A DNA stretch of 64,000 nt. Origin: Anthoceros angustus (taxonomy: Eukaryota > Plantae > Anthocerotophyta). Below, piece by piece: positions 48,563 to 59,540 of the stretch (position 1 is its first letter; each line of letters begins with the position of its first letter). The DNA is taken from NCBI GenBank assembly GCA_010909165.1, contig MU008189.1:124001-188000 (forward strand), read 5' to 3'. Below the pieces are notes generated by a model. The model was not told the DNA's origin, searched no databases, and saw nothing but the letters and a program-made list of their open reading frames with translations. The translations under genes and the position numbers were made by a program.

Positions 48563-51500
48563 ATGCAATGTGATGCCGCGGGCACCACTGCAGGAAACGT
48601 CGGCTCCCTCTCAGCCATGGCTGTGTGGAGTCCTACAATTGAGCCGCACACCAGGCAACAAGACCCGTTGTGGGCGCATTTTCGGAGGACCCAGCAAATT
48701 GGCTTCTTCACGGGTATTTTAGCAAGCGCTCCCGCTTCTGATCGCCTGACCTCATGGAAGCGAGCTTGGGCAAACAAAGGATCTGTAAGATGCAAAAGCT
48801 TTGCAGGAAGGGTAGCTGGAGCTGGAGACGGAGACGGATTTTCCAGTCAGGGACTCCTGTGGCGACAATTCAAGGGTGAATCCCAGGGGATGTTGCCGGA
48901 TGCTGCTGAAGCTGGCAGGCCTGCAGGCCACGAAATGGAAAGGGTTGTCACGGCTGACACCGTGAACAGTCTTTGTCATCAAGGCCATCTGGCTGAGGCT
49001 GTTGAGGCTCTGGGAGTTTTGGTGCAGGCAGAATGTGGTGTTGCCAGATCTCTCTTTTACACGGTCCTGAAGAAATGTGTGTTGAAGAAGGATCTTGTTT
49101 GGGGTCGCCGCGTACATGCTTTCATGGTGAAAGGAGTGTATGACTCGGACACGTTCCTGTGCAACCACATCCTGCGGATGTATGCTTCTCACGGCAGGTT
49201 GCAGGACGCGATGGATGTGTTCACCGTGGTTGCCGAACCTGATGCTTTCATGTGGTCATCCATAATTTCTGCGCATGTTAAGCACGGGCAAGATAAGCAG
49301 GCCGTGCAACTGTATCATCGCATGCGCAGGTCGAGTGTGAAGCCAGATGGGCATGTGTTTGTGGCAGCCCTTCAGGCTTGTGCCAAGGCAGGGGATTTGA
49401 AAGCTGCCCAGGAGCTGCATGCTGATGTGTTGGCCAGTGGGGTTGCGCCTGATTTGTTTGTGTGGAATTGCTTGGTGGACATGTATGCCAAGTGTGGGAG
49501 CTTGGAAGATGCTCGGAGAGTGTTTGACGGACTGGTAGAGAAGGACGTGGTGACCTGGACTTCTCTGGTTGCAGGGTATGCTCAGCAGGGCATGGGGCAG
49601 GAAGCCATTTGTCTCTACAGGGCTATGCGAGAAGAGGGCATCGCTGTACCCGATTCTGTGACTTTTGTGTGCCTCCTGCAGGCATGTGCAAGTGTGGGTG
49701 CCTCAGCTTTGGACACGGGGAAGCAGCTTCATACACAAATTAGAGAACGAGGATATGAAGCTGATGTGTTTGTAGCCAACAGTTTGGTGAACATGTATGC
49801 AAAGTGTGGCAGCTTGGAAGAGGCTCAAACAGTGTTTGAGGGACTTGCTCATAAAGACGTGGTGACATGGACTGCCATGATAGCAGGGTTTTCTCGGCAG
49901 GGCATGGGCCAGGAAGCACTTCTTCTTTCCGGTGCTATGGAAGGTGAAGGCATTGCTGTGTCCAATCCCATGACGTTTGTGTGCCTGCTGCAGGCATGTG
50001 CAAGTGTGGGAATCCCAGCGTTGGAGAAGGGGAAGCAGCTACATGCACAAATTAGACAACAAGGACAGCAAGCTGATGTGTATGTAGCCAACAGTTTAGT
50101 TAACATGTATGCCAAGTGTGGCAGCTTAGAAGACGCTCAAAGAGTGTTTGACGGACTTGGTCACAAGGATGTGGTAACGTGGACTGCACTAATTGCGGGA
50201 TACTCCCAGCAGGACATGGGCCACCAAGCCCTTCACCTTTACAGTACTATGCAAGAGGAAGGGATGGTTGCACCAGACTGTGTGACATTTGTGTGCCTCC
50301 TTCAGGCATGTGCCAGCGTGGGCACCCCAGCTTTGGAGAAGGGAAAGGAGCTTCATGCAGAAATCAAAGAGAGAGGACATCAAGCAGATGTCTTCGTAGC
50401 CAACAGCTTGGTCAACATGTATACAAAGTGCGGCAGCCTAGAGGATGCTCGGAGAGTGTTTAACGCACTTGCTCAGAAAGATGTGGTGACCTGGAATGCC
50501 ATGATGGCAGGGTATTCCCAGCAGGACAGGGGCCAGGAAGCTCTTCAAGTCTACAGGGCCATGCAAGAAGAAGGCACTGCTCTACCTGATTCCGTGACAT
50601 TTGTGTGCCTCCTGCAGGCATGTGCAAGTGTGGGCACCCCAGCCTTAGAGATGGGAAAGCGACTTCACACACAAATTAGAGACCAAGGATACCAATCTGA
50701 TGTGTTGGTAGCCAACAGTTTGGTGAACATGTATGCAAAGTGTGGCAGCTTGGACGATGCTCAAACACTGTTTGACGGACTTGTTCAAAAAGATGTGGTG
50801 ACATGGACTGCCATGATAGCAGGGTTCTCCCAGCAAGGCATGGATGAGGAAGCCCTTCATCTCTACAGGGCTATGGAAGCTGAAGGCATTGCTGTACCCA
50901 ATGCCGTGACATTTGCGTGCCTCCTGCAGGCATGTGCAAATGTGGCAGCTTTGCATCTGGGAAGAGAGCTACATGCACAGATCGTAGAACAAGGGCTTCA
51001 GGCTGATATATTTGTAGCCGGGAGTCTGATAAACATGTACGGGAAGTCTGGGAGCATGATTGATGCACGTCAAGTGTTTGAAGCCTTGCCTGAAAGGGAT
51101 GTTGTGGCCTGGAATGCGTTGATTGCAGGATACAGCCACCAAGGAGACAGTGCAGAGGTGTTTGAAATGGTGATCAGAATGCGGGAGGATGGTATACAGC
51201 CAGATGGGATTACGTTCCTTGGTGTATTAACGGTCTGCAGTCATACAGGTCTGGTGAGCAAGGGGCAAGAGTTCTTTGAGGCTATGAGCAGACACTATGG
51301 CATCAGCCCCACAGTGCAGCACTATGCGTGCATGGTGGATCTCCTGGGCCGGGCAGGCCAACTGGACGAGGCCGTGACTTTGGTAAGCACAATGCCTGCA
51401 CTGCCTGATGCTGCCATAGTATGGCATACTCTGCTGGGTGCTTGTCAAAACTGGAGCAATGTGGAGGTCGGACGGTTTGCTTTTGACCAAGCACTGAAGC

Positions 51501-51754
51501 TGCAAGAGAAGGATGCTGCAGCACATGTGTTGATGTCCAATATTTACACGGGCGCTGAGATGTGGGAGGAGGCACAGGAGTTGCAGGCAAAGAGAATAAG
51601 CATCGGGGCATGGAAGCAGCCGGGTCAGAGCTGGTGGACAGACACGGACGGCATGGTGCATAGGTTTCTGGTTGGGGACAAGAAGCTTCCCCGTATTCAA
51701 GCACGGCCGAAACAGGTTGGGGCACTGGTTAGGGAAGAAATCAGACTCACTTAA
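48563..51754 (+). CDS. PLS-class PPR protein with E1/E2 and a truncated DYW:WW-type domain
   Basis: Intact 1063-aa ORF with P-L-S triplets (five near-identical, about 104 aa each). It ends WKQPGQSWWTDTDGMVHRFLVGD...stop, with no HxE/CxxC deaminase core. Confidence 0.93.
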   Translation: MQCDAAGTTAGNVGSLSAMAVWSPTIEPHTRQQDPLWAHFRRTQQIGFFTGILASAPASDRLTSWKRAWANKGSVRCKSFAGRVAGAGDGDGFSSQGLLWRQFKGESQGMLPDAAEAGRPAGHEMERVVTADTVNSLCHQGHLAEAVEALGVLVQAECGVARSLFYTVLKKCVLKKDLVWGRRVHAFMVKGVYDSDTFLCNHILRMYASHGRLQDAMDVFTVVAEPDAFMWSSIISAHVKHGQDKQAVQLYHRMRRSSVKPDGHVFVAALQACAKAGDLKAAQELHADVLASGVAPDLFVWNCLVDMYAKCGSLEDARRVFDGLVEKDVVTWTSLVAGYAQQGMGQEAICLYRAMREEGIAVPDSVTFVCLLQACASVGASALDTGKQLHTQIRERGYEADVFVANSLVNMYAKCGSLEEAQTVFEGLAHKDVVTWTAMIAGFSRQGMGQEALLLSGAMEGEGIAVSNPMTFVCLLQACASVGIPALEKGKQLHAQIRQQGQQADVYVANSLVNMYAKCGSLEDAQRVFDGLGHKDVVTWTALIAGYSQQDMGHQALHLYSTMQEEGMVAPDCVTFVCLLQACASVGTPALEKGKELHAEIKERGHQADVFVANSLVNMYTKCGSLEDARRVFNALAQKDVVTWNAMMAGYSQQDRGQEALQVYRAMQEEGTALPDSVTFVCLLQACASVGTPALEMGKRLHTQIRDQGYQSDVLVANSLVNMYAKCGSLDDAQTLFDGLVQKDVVTWTAMIAGFSQQGMDEEALHLYRAMEAEGIAVPNAVTFACLLQACANVAALHLGRELHAQIVEQGLQADIFVAGSLINMYGKSGSMIDARQVFEALPERDVVAWNALIAGYSHQGDSAEVFEMVIRMREDGIQPDGITFLGVLTVCSHTGLVSKGQEFFEAMSRHYGISPTVQHYACMVDLLGRAGQLDEAVTLVSTMPALPDAAIVWHTLLGACQNWSNVEVGRFAFDQALKLQEKDAAAHVLMSNIYTGAEMWEEAQELQAKRISIGAWKQPGQSWWTDTDGMVHRFLVGDKKLPRIQARPKQVGALVREEIRLT

Positions 51755-52407
51755 CGACTCAAGATGACGAACTGCAGGCTCCTGAAGGAGCCTGCATACA
51801 TACTAGTAGACAGCATGAGCAAGAGACAAAAAAACAAAGCGAAGGCCAAGAAGATGCGCTGCTTTGGGAAAAGGCCTGTATATTCAGCGAATGAGACATT
51901 TCTTTTAGGTCCACGAACTCGCAAGGGTAGTCCTTCTAAAAAATGACAACGTGGAACGCCAAGGGAACGGGAACGACAGCACGGAGTGCTTCCTGGTTGA
52001 GTGCAGCAGGGTTGGATAAGGGGATAAAAAAACTAAGCGCCCTCAAAGCTTGTCCAAGTGCCTGGCACCTGGAGGTAAAACTCGACGAAACCACGTTCAA
52101 TCATCACAGCTTGACGGCAAGGTTACTAGGAAAGGACCAGAGATAATGACCCTTGTTCGAGATGTTTCATCTCCAAGAACGTTAAAAAGAAGAGATGGAA
52201 ACGGAGACTTTATTAAAAAGAAGAGATGGAAAAACTCATTTACCCGGAACCGAGGGGACAATATAGCAAAGGGTCGAAGCGTCAGGGGGGCTAGTCCCTC
52301 GAATGCCAACCCCGAAGCTACTTATTGCCTCGATTATGCTATGGTTCGAGATGAGGAAAGGCCTGTTTACTTCTAGTGTATATGATGCCACGTCTCTTGC
52401 ACTCGTT

Positions 52408-52590
52408 GCGTCCTATAAATAGCGTTGACCATCGCCCTGCAAATGCGTCCTGTATTAGTGATGGCCATCGCCCTGCAAATGCGTCCTGTAAATAGTGTTG
52501 GCCATCGCCCTCTGTAGGGCGATGGATGTCGGAGTTGTAAATAGTGTTGGCCATCGCCCTCTGCAGGGCGATGGATATCCACTCCGACGA
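52408..52590. repeat. Four-unit tandem repeat containing two perfect hairpins
   Basis: ccatcgccct occurs four times; two copies form ccatcgccct-ctg(t/c)-agggcgatgg stems. Confidence 0.85.
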
Positions 52591-52899
52591 TTGTGATAGG
52601 CTTTAGTACAATGCTTATTGAGCCAGGAAAAATCATTGTCGAGGAGAGACACGAGGCTTTAACCTCCCTAGAGTGCGATTTGATAGCTGCTATTCTTTTT
52701 TTCGTTGCATTGTGTGTAGGATAGGAGATAGGGTTAGACAACAAGGCCTCGTGGGGGGGGCCAGATTACCCCTCCGGCGTAACCCCAATGTCCTGGTCCG
52801 GAGGAAGTCCAGAGAAAAGCGCGGAAGCAAACCGGGCAAGACTTGAGAGACCGGCGGAAGGACCAACAAGCAGGGTGTCATTTTGACCGAGTACTATCT

Positions 52900-53365
52900 C
52901 AGTCCCGGGACCACCTAGCCTAGCTACGCTCAGTCCCGGACCGAAGAGGGACCGTGCCTTTTTGCGACCCTTGGTCACTAAATATAATAAATATTAAATA
53001 AATAATTTATAAATAATAATATTAAAAACTGCAGACTGCAGCCCAGCCGGCAGAATGCAAACTGCATCCATGATAAGATGGGTCCATGTGTCCATAATAA
53101 ATATAAATCTTTGGATATAAAATTAAGTAATTTACCGAACCTTTTATGAACCCTCGGTCCCCAAGGGTAATAGGGGACCGAGGGTGGGGACCGGACTCCT
53201 GAAGAACTCCGGTCCCATGTTTTTTTTAACACGTGCCGGTGCCGGGACCGGGACCGAGCTTGGGACCCCGTCCCAAGCTGCCGTCCCGGCTTATAACGGC
53301 TCCTGGTCTGCCTGACATGCAGACGGTCGGAGGACGGGAACCTGCCAGGAGCCGTTATAAGCCGT
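52900..53365. mobile_element. Hairpin-rich, GGGACC-motif-rich block, probably a non-autonomous DNA-transposon remnant
   Basis: Perfect inverted repeats at 53151-53162/53173-53184 (12 bp) and 53287-53306/53345-53364 (20 bp). Many gggacc/ggtccc motifs surround an AT-only core. Confidence 0.4.
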
Positions 53366-53734
53366 TTGTTTGTGGTGGCTGCACAAGTTTCATTTGGGGT
53401 GGCGGACCCAGGGACGGGCATCGGAGTAAAGGGAAGCGTGCGAGCATGAGAAGTAGTACGAGATGCGGACAGGCGACAGTTGCAAGGCGCGAAAGGACAC
53501 CACTTTGCTACCTTGGCTCCCACCCTCTCGAAAAGGGACCGAAAACCTTTTGCCGAAGGCCTTGTCGCTCTCTGTGAACCAAATGCAAGTGGACGTGCTA
53601 GGTAGCGATGATTTGCGGATCAAGCATGACCGTGGAGTTATGGAAGCGTGAACCCAAACCCCAACTCCACCGTATTATCCCTTCCTAAACATTTACCGTG
53701 GCGTACACACTTGAGCAAGGATAGGGCATTTTTC

Positions 53735-56700
53735 TCACGGTCGACCCTTACAACTGCAACAACCAGCTGCGAATCGATGCACACGGTACCCATCCCTCAC
53801 AACAATGTCTCTCTGCTCAAGCCTTGACATGATCTCCGTGGAACTGTGGCAGTCACTGCACATGCGTAGATTCTTCGTCACCACCAGCGGGGTCCCACTA
53901 GGAGCGTTCACGAGACCAAATGCCAGAGCTAGCTTCTCAGCATGCCCACAAAGCGCATCTTCCTTTTCCTTCTCACACAGTGGCTTCAACACCAACTTTG
54001 TGTCAGGCACGTGGCCTCCTTCCTGCTTCAGACGTGCATTCGTGCTCTCTACCTTAAGCACGATATCCTCTCTCCTTTCTCCCACCAGGAATCTATGTAC
54101 CTGCTCATTCACCTCAATGGTCGCCACTGCAGGTTTCTTGTTAGCTCCGGCTACCATTCTCTGTGTTTCTATCCTGTCTACATCGGTCCACCGACCTGCA
54201 TCTGCGTAGGCATTGGCCATGAGCACATAGGCAGACGCCCCTTGGGGGTCCAGCCTCACAATTCTTTCAAAACACCACACAGCCCTCTCTATATCCCCGT
54301 GACTCTTGCAAGCATTCAACAAAGACGTCAAGCCCACAACATTACTTTGCCACTCACATGATAACAGCATGTTCTCTGCCTCATTTAAATGGCCTGCACG
54401 CCCAAGAAGATCAATCATGCAATTGTAATGCTCCATAGTAGGTTTGACGCCGTGCTTTTCAGCCATGGAATCAAAGTGCTTGCGACCCTCGTCGACCAGG
54501 CCCTCATGACTGCATGCTACGAGAAGGCAAGTAAAAGTAGCACCATTAGGCTGAATACCGGCAACTAACATCTCCTCAAAACAAGCGAGTGCTCTGTGAC
54601 CATCATCATTAGCACCATACCCAGATATCAGGGCATTCCATGTCACCACATCCTTTGTTCATGCTGTCAAAAACCTGGCGTGCATCTTCCAGTTCACCAC
54701 ATTTTGCATACATGTCCACCAGGCAGTTGCCCAACACTACGTTATCCAGCAGTCCTCTTTCAACAATCTGTGAGTGCAGCTGCCTGCCCTTCTGTAAGGC
54801 ACCAGTGCTTGCACAGGCCTTCAGAAGGCAAGCAAAAGTAACATGGTCAGCCAAAATCAGGCCTCCTGCTCCATTTGTCCATACACAAGCGCCTCTGGCC
54901 GAGTCCTTGCTGTGCATACCCAGCAATCAGGGCATTCCATGTCACCACATCCTTTGTTCCATGCTGTCAAAAACCTGGCGTGCATCTTCCAGTTCACCAC
55001 ATTTTGCATACATGTCCACCAGGCAGTTGCCCACAACGTCATCCAGCAGTCCTCTTTGACAATCTGTGAGTGCAGCTGCCTGCCCTGTAAGGCACCAGTG
55101 CTTGCACAGGCCTTCAGAAGGCAAGCAAAAGTAACATGGTCAGCCAAAATGAGGCCCTCCTCCATTTGTCCATACACACAAGCGCCTCTTGGCGAGTCCT
55201 TGCTGCATACCCAGCAATCAGGGCATTCCATGTCACCACATCCTTTGTGGCCAAGCTGTCAAAAACCTGGCGTGCATCTTCCAGTTCACCACATTTTGCA
55301 TACATGTCCACCAGGCAGTTGCCCACCACTACGTCATCCAGTCCTCATGACTGCATGCTACTAGAAGGCAAGTAAAAGTAGCATCATCAGGCTGAATACC
55401 GGCAACTAACATCTCCTCAAAACAAGCTAGTGCCTTGTGACCATCATCAAGCACCATACCCAGATATCAGGGCATTCCATGTCACCACATCCTTTGTGGC
55501 CATGCTGTCAAAAACCTGGCGTGCATCTTCCAGTTCACCACATTTTGCATACATGTCCACCAGGCAGTTGCCCAACACTACGTCATCCAGCAGTCCTCTT
55601 TCAACAATCAGAGTGCAGCTGCTGCCCTTCTGTAAGGCACCAGTGCTTGCACAGGCCTTCAGAAGGCAAGCAAAAGTAACATCAGCCAAAATCAGGCCCT
55701 CCTGCTCCATTTGTCCATACACAAGCGCCTCTTCCGAGTCCTTGCTGTGCATACCCAGCAATCAGGGCATTCCATGTCACCACATCCTTTGTGCATGCTG
55801 TCAAAAACCTGGCGTGCATCTTCCAGTTCACCACATTTTGCATACATGTCCACCAGGCAGTTGCCCACCACAACGTCATCCAGCAGTCCTCTTTCAACAA
55901 TCTGTGAGTGCAGCTGCCCTTCTGTAAGGCACCAGTGCTTGCACAGGCCTTCAGAAGGCAAGCAAAAGTAACATGGTCAGCCAAAATGAGGCCCTCCTCC
56001 ATTTGTCCATACAACAAGCGCCTCTTGGCCGAGTCCTTGCTGTGCATACCCAGCAATCAGGGCATTCCATGTCACCACATCCTTTGTGGCCAAGCTGTCA
56101 AAAACCTGGCGTGCATCTTCCAGTTCACCACATTTTGCATACATGTCCACCAGGCAGGTGCCCACCACCATCATCCAGCAGTCCTCTTTCAACAATCTGT
56201 GAGTGCAGCTGCCCTTCTGTAAGGCACCAGTGCTTGCACAGGCCTTCAGAAGGCAAGCAAAAGTAACATGGTCAGCCAAAATGAGGCCCGCCTCCATTTG
56301 TCCATACACAACAAGCGCCTCTTCCGAGTCCTTGCTGTGCATACCCAGCAATCAGGGCATTCCATGTCACCACATCCTTTGTTCATGCTGTCAAAAACCT
56401 GCGTGCATCTTCCAGTTCACCACATTTTGCATACATGTCCACCAGGCAGTTGCCAACAAACAAGTTATCCAGCAGTCCTCTTCAACACATCACAGTGCAC
56501 TTTTCTGCCAGATTCAAGTCAGCAATGCACAGGCCTTGAAGGCAGCTACAAAGACGTGAGCATCCGCCTTCACTCCTGACCTGCATCTCATGGTAGCGCC
56601 TCTTGGCCCATGTCCTTCCTTTTGCATACCCAGCAATCAGCACCGTCCATGTCACCACATCCTTTGTGCCATGCTGTCAAAAACCTGGCGTGCATCTTCC

Positions 56701-58201
56701 AGTTCACCACATTTTGCATACATGTCCACCAGGCAGTTGCCAACAAACAAGTTATCCAGCAGTCCTCTCACAATCACAGTGCACTCCTGCCCTTCTGTAA
56801 GGCTGCGCACAGGCCTGAAGGCAAGCAAAAGTACATCAGCCTCCTGCTCCATTTGTCCATACAAGCGCCTCATGCATCCTGCTGCATACCCAGCAATCAG
56901 GGCATGTCCATGTCACCACATCCTTTTCCATGCTGTCAAAAACCTGGCGTGCATCTTCCAGTTCACCACATTTTGCATACATGTCCACCAGGCAGTGCCC
57001 AACACATCATCCAGCAGTCCTCTTCGACAATCTGTGAGTGCAGCTGCCCTTCTGTAAGGCACCAGTGCTTGCACAGGCCTTCAGAAGGCAAGCAAAAGTA
57101 ACATGGTTAGCCAAAATCAGCCCTCCTGCTCCATTTGTCCATACAGAACAAGCCTCATGTCGAGCCCTTGCTGGCATACCCAGCTATCAGGGCATTCCAT
57201 GTCACCACATCCTTTGTGGCCATGCTGTCAAAAACCTGGCGTGCATCTCATTTTGCATACATGTCCACCAGGCAGTTGCCAACAAACAAGTTAGTAGGAA
57301 TGCCACTGTCCACCACGTCGCGGTGCACCCTTCTGCCAGATTCCAAGTCGGCGGCAAATGCACAAGCCTGAAGGGCAGCTACAAAAACGTGACCATTCGC
57401 CCTTATTCCTGACCTGCGCATCTCATGGTATAGTTGTATGGCCTCATAAGGTTTCCCATGTTTAGCATATGCAAAGATGATAGAACCCCACGTGATAACA
57501 TTTGGTTTGCCCATCCTGCTGAACACATCCATAGCCTCCTGCAGACTACCTCCACATGCATACATGCGCAAGATATGGTTCCCCAAATATGCGTTTGACT
57601 CGTACCCAAGTTTGACAGTGAGATCATGAACTCGTCGCCCCACAACCAAATCCTTCTGAGGTGTACACAGTTTCAGCACAGTGCAAACCAGAGACTGAGA
57701 AATAGCAGAGCCTGTTTGCGCCAGAGATTCCAGGGCTCCCACGGCCTCAGAAAGCTTCCCTTGCTGACATAACGTGCTCACAGTTACAGCCGTAGCGACG
57801 CCCATTCCTGAACCTGCACGCCTGCCAGGTTCAGGCTTATCCGGGGAGTTCGAGTCGGAAGGAGAGGCACTAATACCCATCTGCATATCCAAGGAAACGA
57901 CCTGCTCATCAACCCAAGCTGGCCTAAACATGCTGTTTAAGCACAGGACCCCGCCAGACCCCTTACGCCGGATGACAGGCGAACGGGAGCTCTTCTTCTC
58001 TCGTCTGTTGTGCCACCACAAGTGCTCCTGCTCCTGGCAACGACCAACTGGAGGAGCTGGGCTCCTTATACTGCTGCACCTGGAGGCTTTGCTTGCCAGG
58101 GGTTGACTCCCTAAGATCAGGTGAGCGGGAGCTCCTGGAATCCCTGTACATACACCAATTTGTTGGGTCCAGAACGGGTCCGGCTGCGATACTGTAGCCA
58201 T
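53735..58201 (-). CDS. PLS-PPR protein with DYW:KP domain ending GRP (candidate U-to-C editing factor); central array frameshifted in this assembly
   Basis: C-terminus: KKPAVATIE...HRFLVGE...CGHAEKLALAFGL...KNLRMCSDCH...GCCSCKGRP. Intact 5' ORF at 57248-58201. Ten copies of the S-motif lie between 54666 and 57250, with many indels. Confidence 0.85.
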
Positions 58202-58499
58202 CGTTCAGGACCGCTGTCGGAAGATGAGTCCAACAACAGACTGTGGGGGAATCCCCTCGTACTGTGTGTGACCACACCATTCGGGCATATAGGTAAATTG
58301 GAGGTGCATGGACGAGACAAGGCCTGTCAACACTCGAATCCTCCGCACCTGCCTGCTCTGGTTAGTAGATGTCGTTTAACGACGTTTAAAGAGACAGTCT
58401 GACGTACTCGGATTGCTTACCAGCCGGAAGTCAGGGAAGTGGGCGCTCCTTCTTCGCTGCATGTGCTCAGAGTTTCCTCTAAAACGTGCTGGCTCCTCA

Positions 58500-59330
58500 A
58501 GGGTCCCTGGCTCCCACCCTCTCGGAAAGGTTCTGAAAAGCATTTGCCAGAGGCCTTGTCGCTTCCTGTGAATCAAATGCAAGTGCGACGTACGCTAGGT
58601 AGCGATGATTTGCAGATCAAGCACGACCTGGAGTCGTGTAAGCGTGAATCCCATCTCCACTGCATTCTCCCTTCCCAAGCTTCAATCAGACTCTGAGGCA
58701 GGTAGACTTGTAAGTACAGCAGCAAGGACCGTGACGCTGGATCCTGCAACTCCATAACTAGACCGTGATTCCAATTTGGGATCTCATGGTCACAGTCGGG
58801 TGTAGACTTGAAGGGAGCATAGAATGAAATTTCATCCAAGTGGACTAAGATAGACTTCTTCTTCTGCTCTAGCCCCTTGCTCAGTAGGCCTGCATGTAAA
58901 CTATCCATCAAGGAATGTGATGTCAATGTAGCTGGATACTATCCTTTCTTATGCTGCGACGGAAGAGAAATGTTCTCCAGAGTCTCTATGCGGCTGACGG
59001 TCAAGATGTCACACTTTGCAGACATCCGCACCAAACAGGCAAGAGTGGATGTGGAGGCACAACTACCCATGCGGATTTGATATCCATATCTAAAGCAGCC
59101 AGCTGAGCATCCACCCGAGCCGGCTTGGAGAAGTGGTCCAGAGCCCGACGTTCTCTTTGTCGAGCTGGCCTCATTGCACCTGGCGGCTTGATGGCTTCCA
59201 ACTTTCCAATGAAGTCAGGCAAGTCTAAGCTCTTCCTAGAACCCCTGTCAAGGCACCATTTTGTTGGGTCCATGACGGATCCGGCTAAGCCCTTTGCCTG
59301 GCTCAAATGCAGCTCTCCATACAACGAAGT
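58500..59330 (-). pseudogene. Internally deleted tandem paralog of the GRP-type PPR gene (leader plus 3' flank only)
   Basis: PDPSWTQQ and FSKPARVDAQLAALDMDIKSA match PDPFWTQQ and MFRPAWVDEQVVSLDMQMGISA of the 58201 gene. 58505-58677 duplicates the 3'-flank block at 53511-53685. Confidence 0.65.
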
Positions 59331-59540
59331 CCGGCTCGCGCTCAGGCTGTGGATGCAAGAGGGGCAGAGAGCCAGTGGGGGTATCTCAACTGCCAAGATG
59401 TCTGTCCACCTGAGAGACGTGGCAAGGAAAATGAGCATGCTGTACGACAGCAATGGCAATGGCCCCTACCCCTAGGCCTCTAGCAGTTCCGACTTCACGC
59501 ATTCTTGTCATCCAGCAGCAGCACTGCTTGTTGTGCAGCC

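Noticed and set aside
52408-52590. Possible CRISPR-like array (palindromic repeats)
   Set aside because: No unique spacers, irregular units, eukaryotic context and no cas genes. The same applies to the repeats at 62620-62940.
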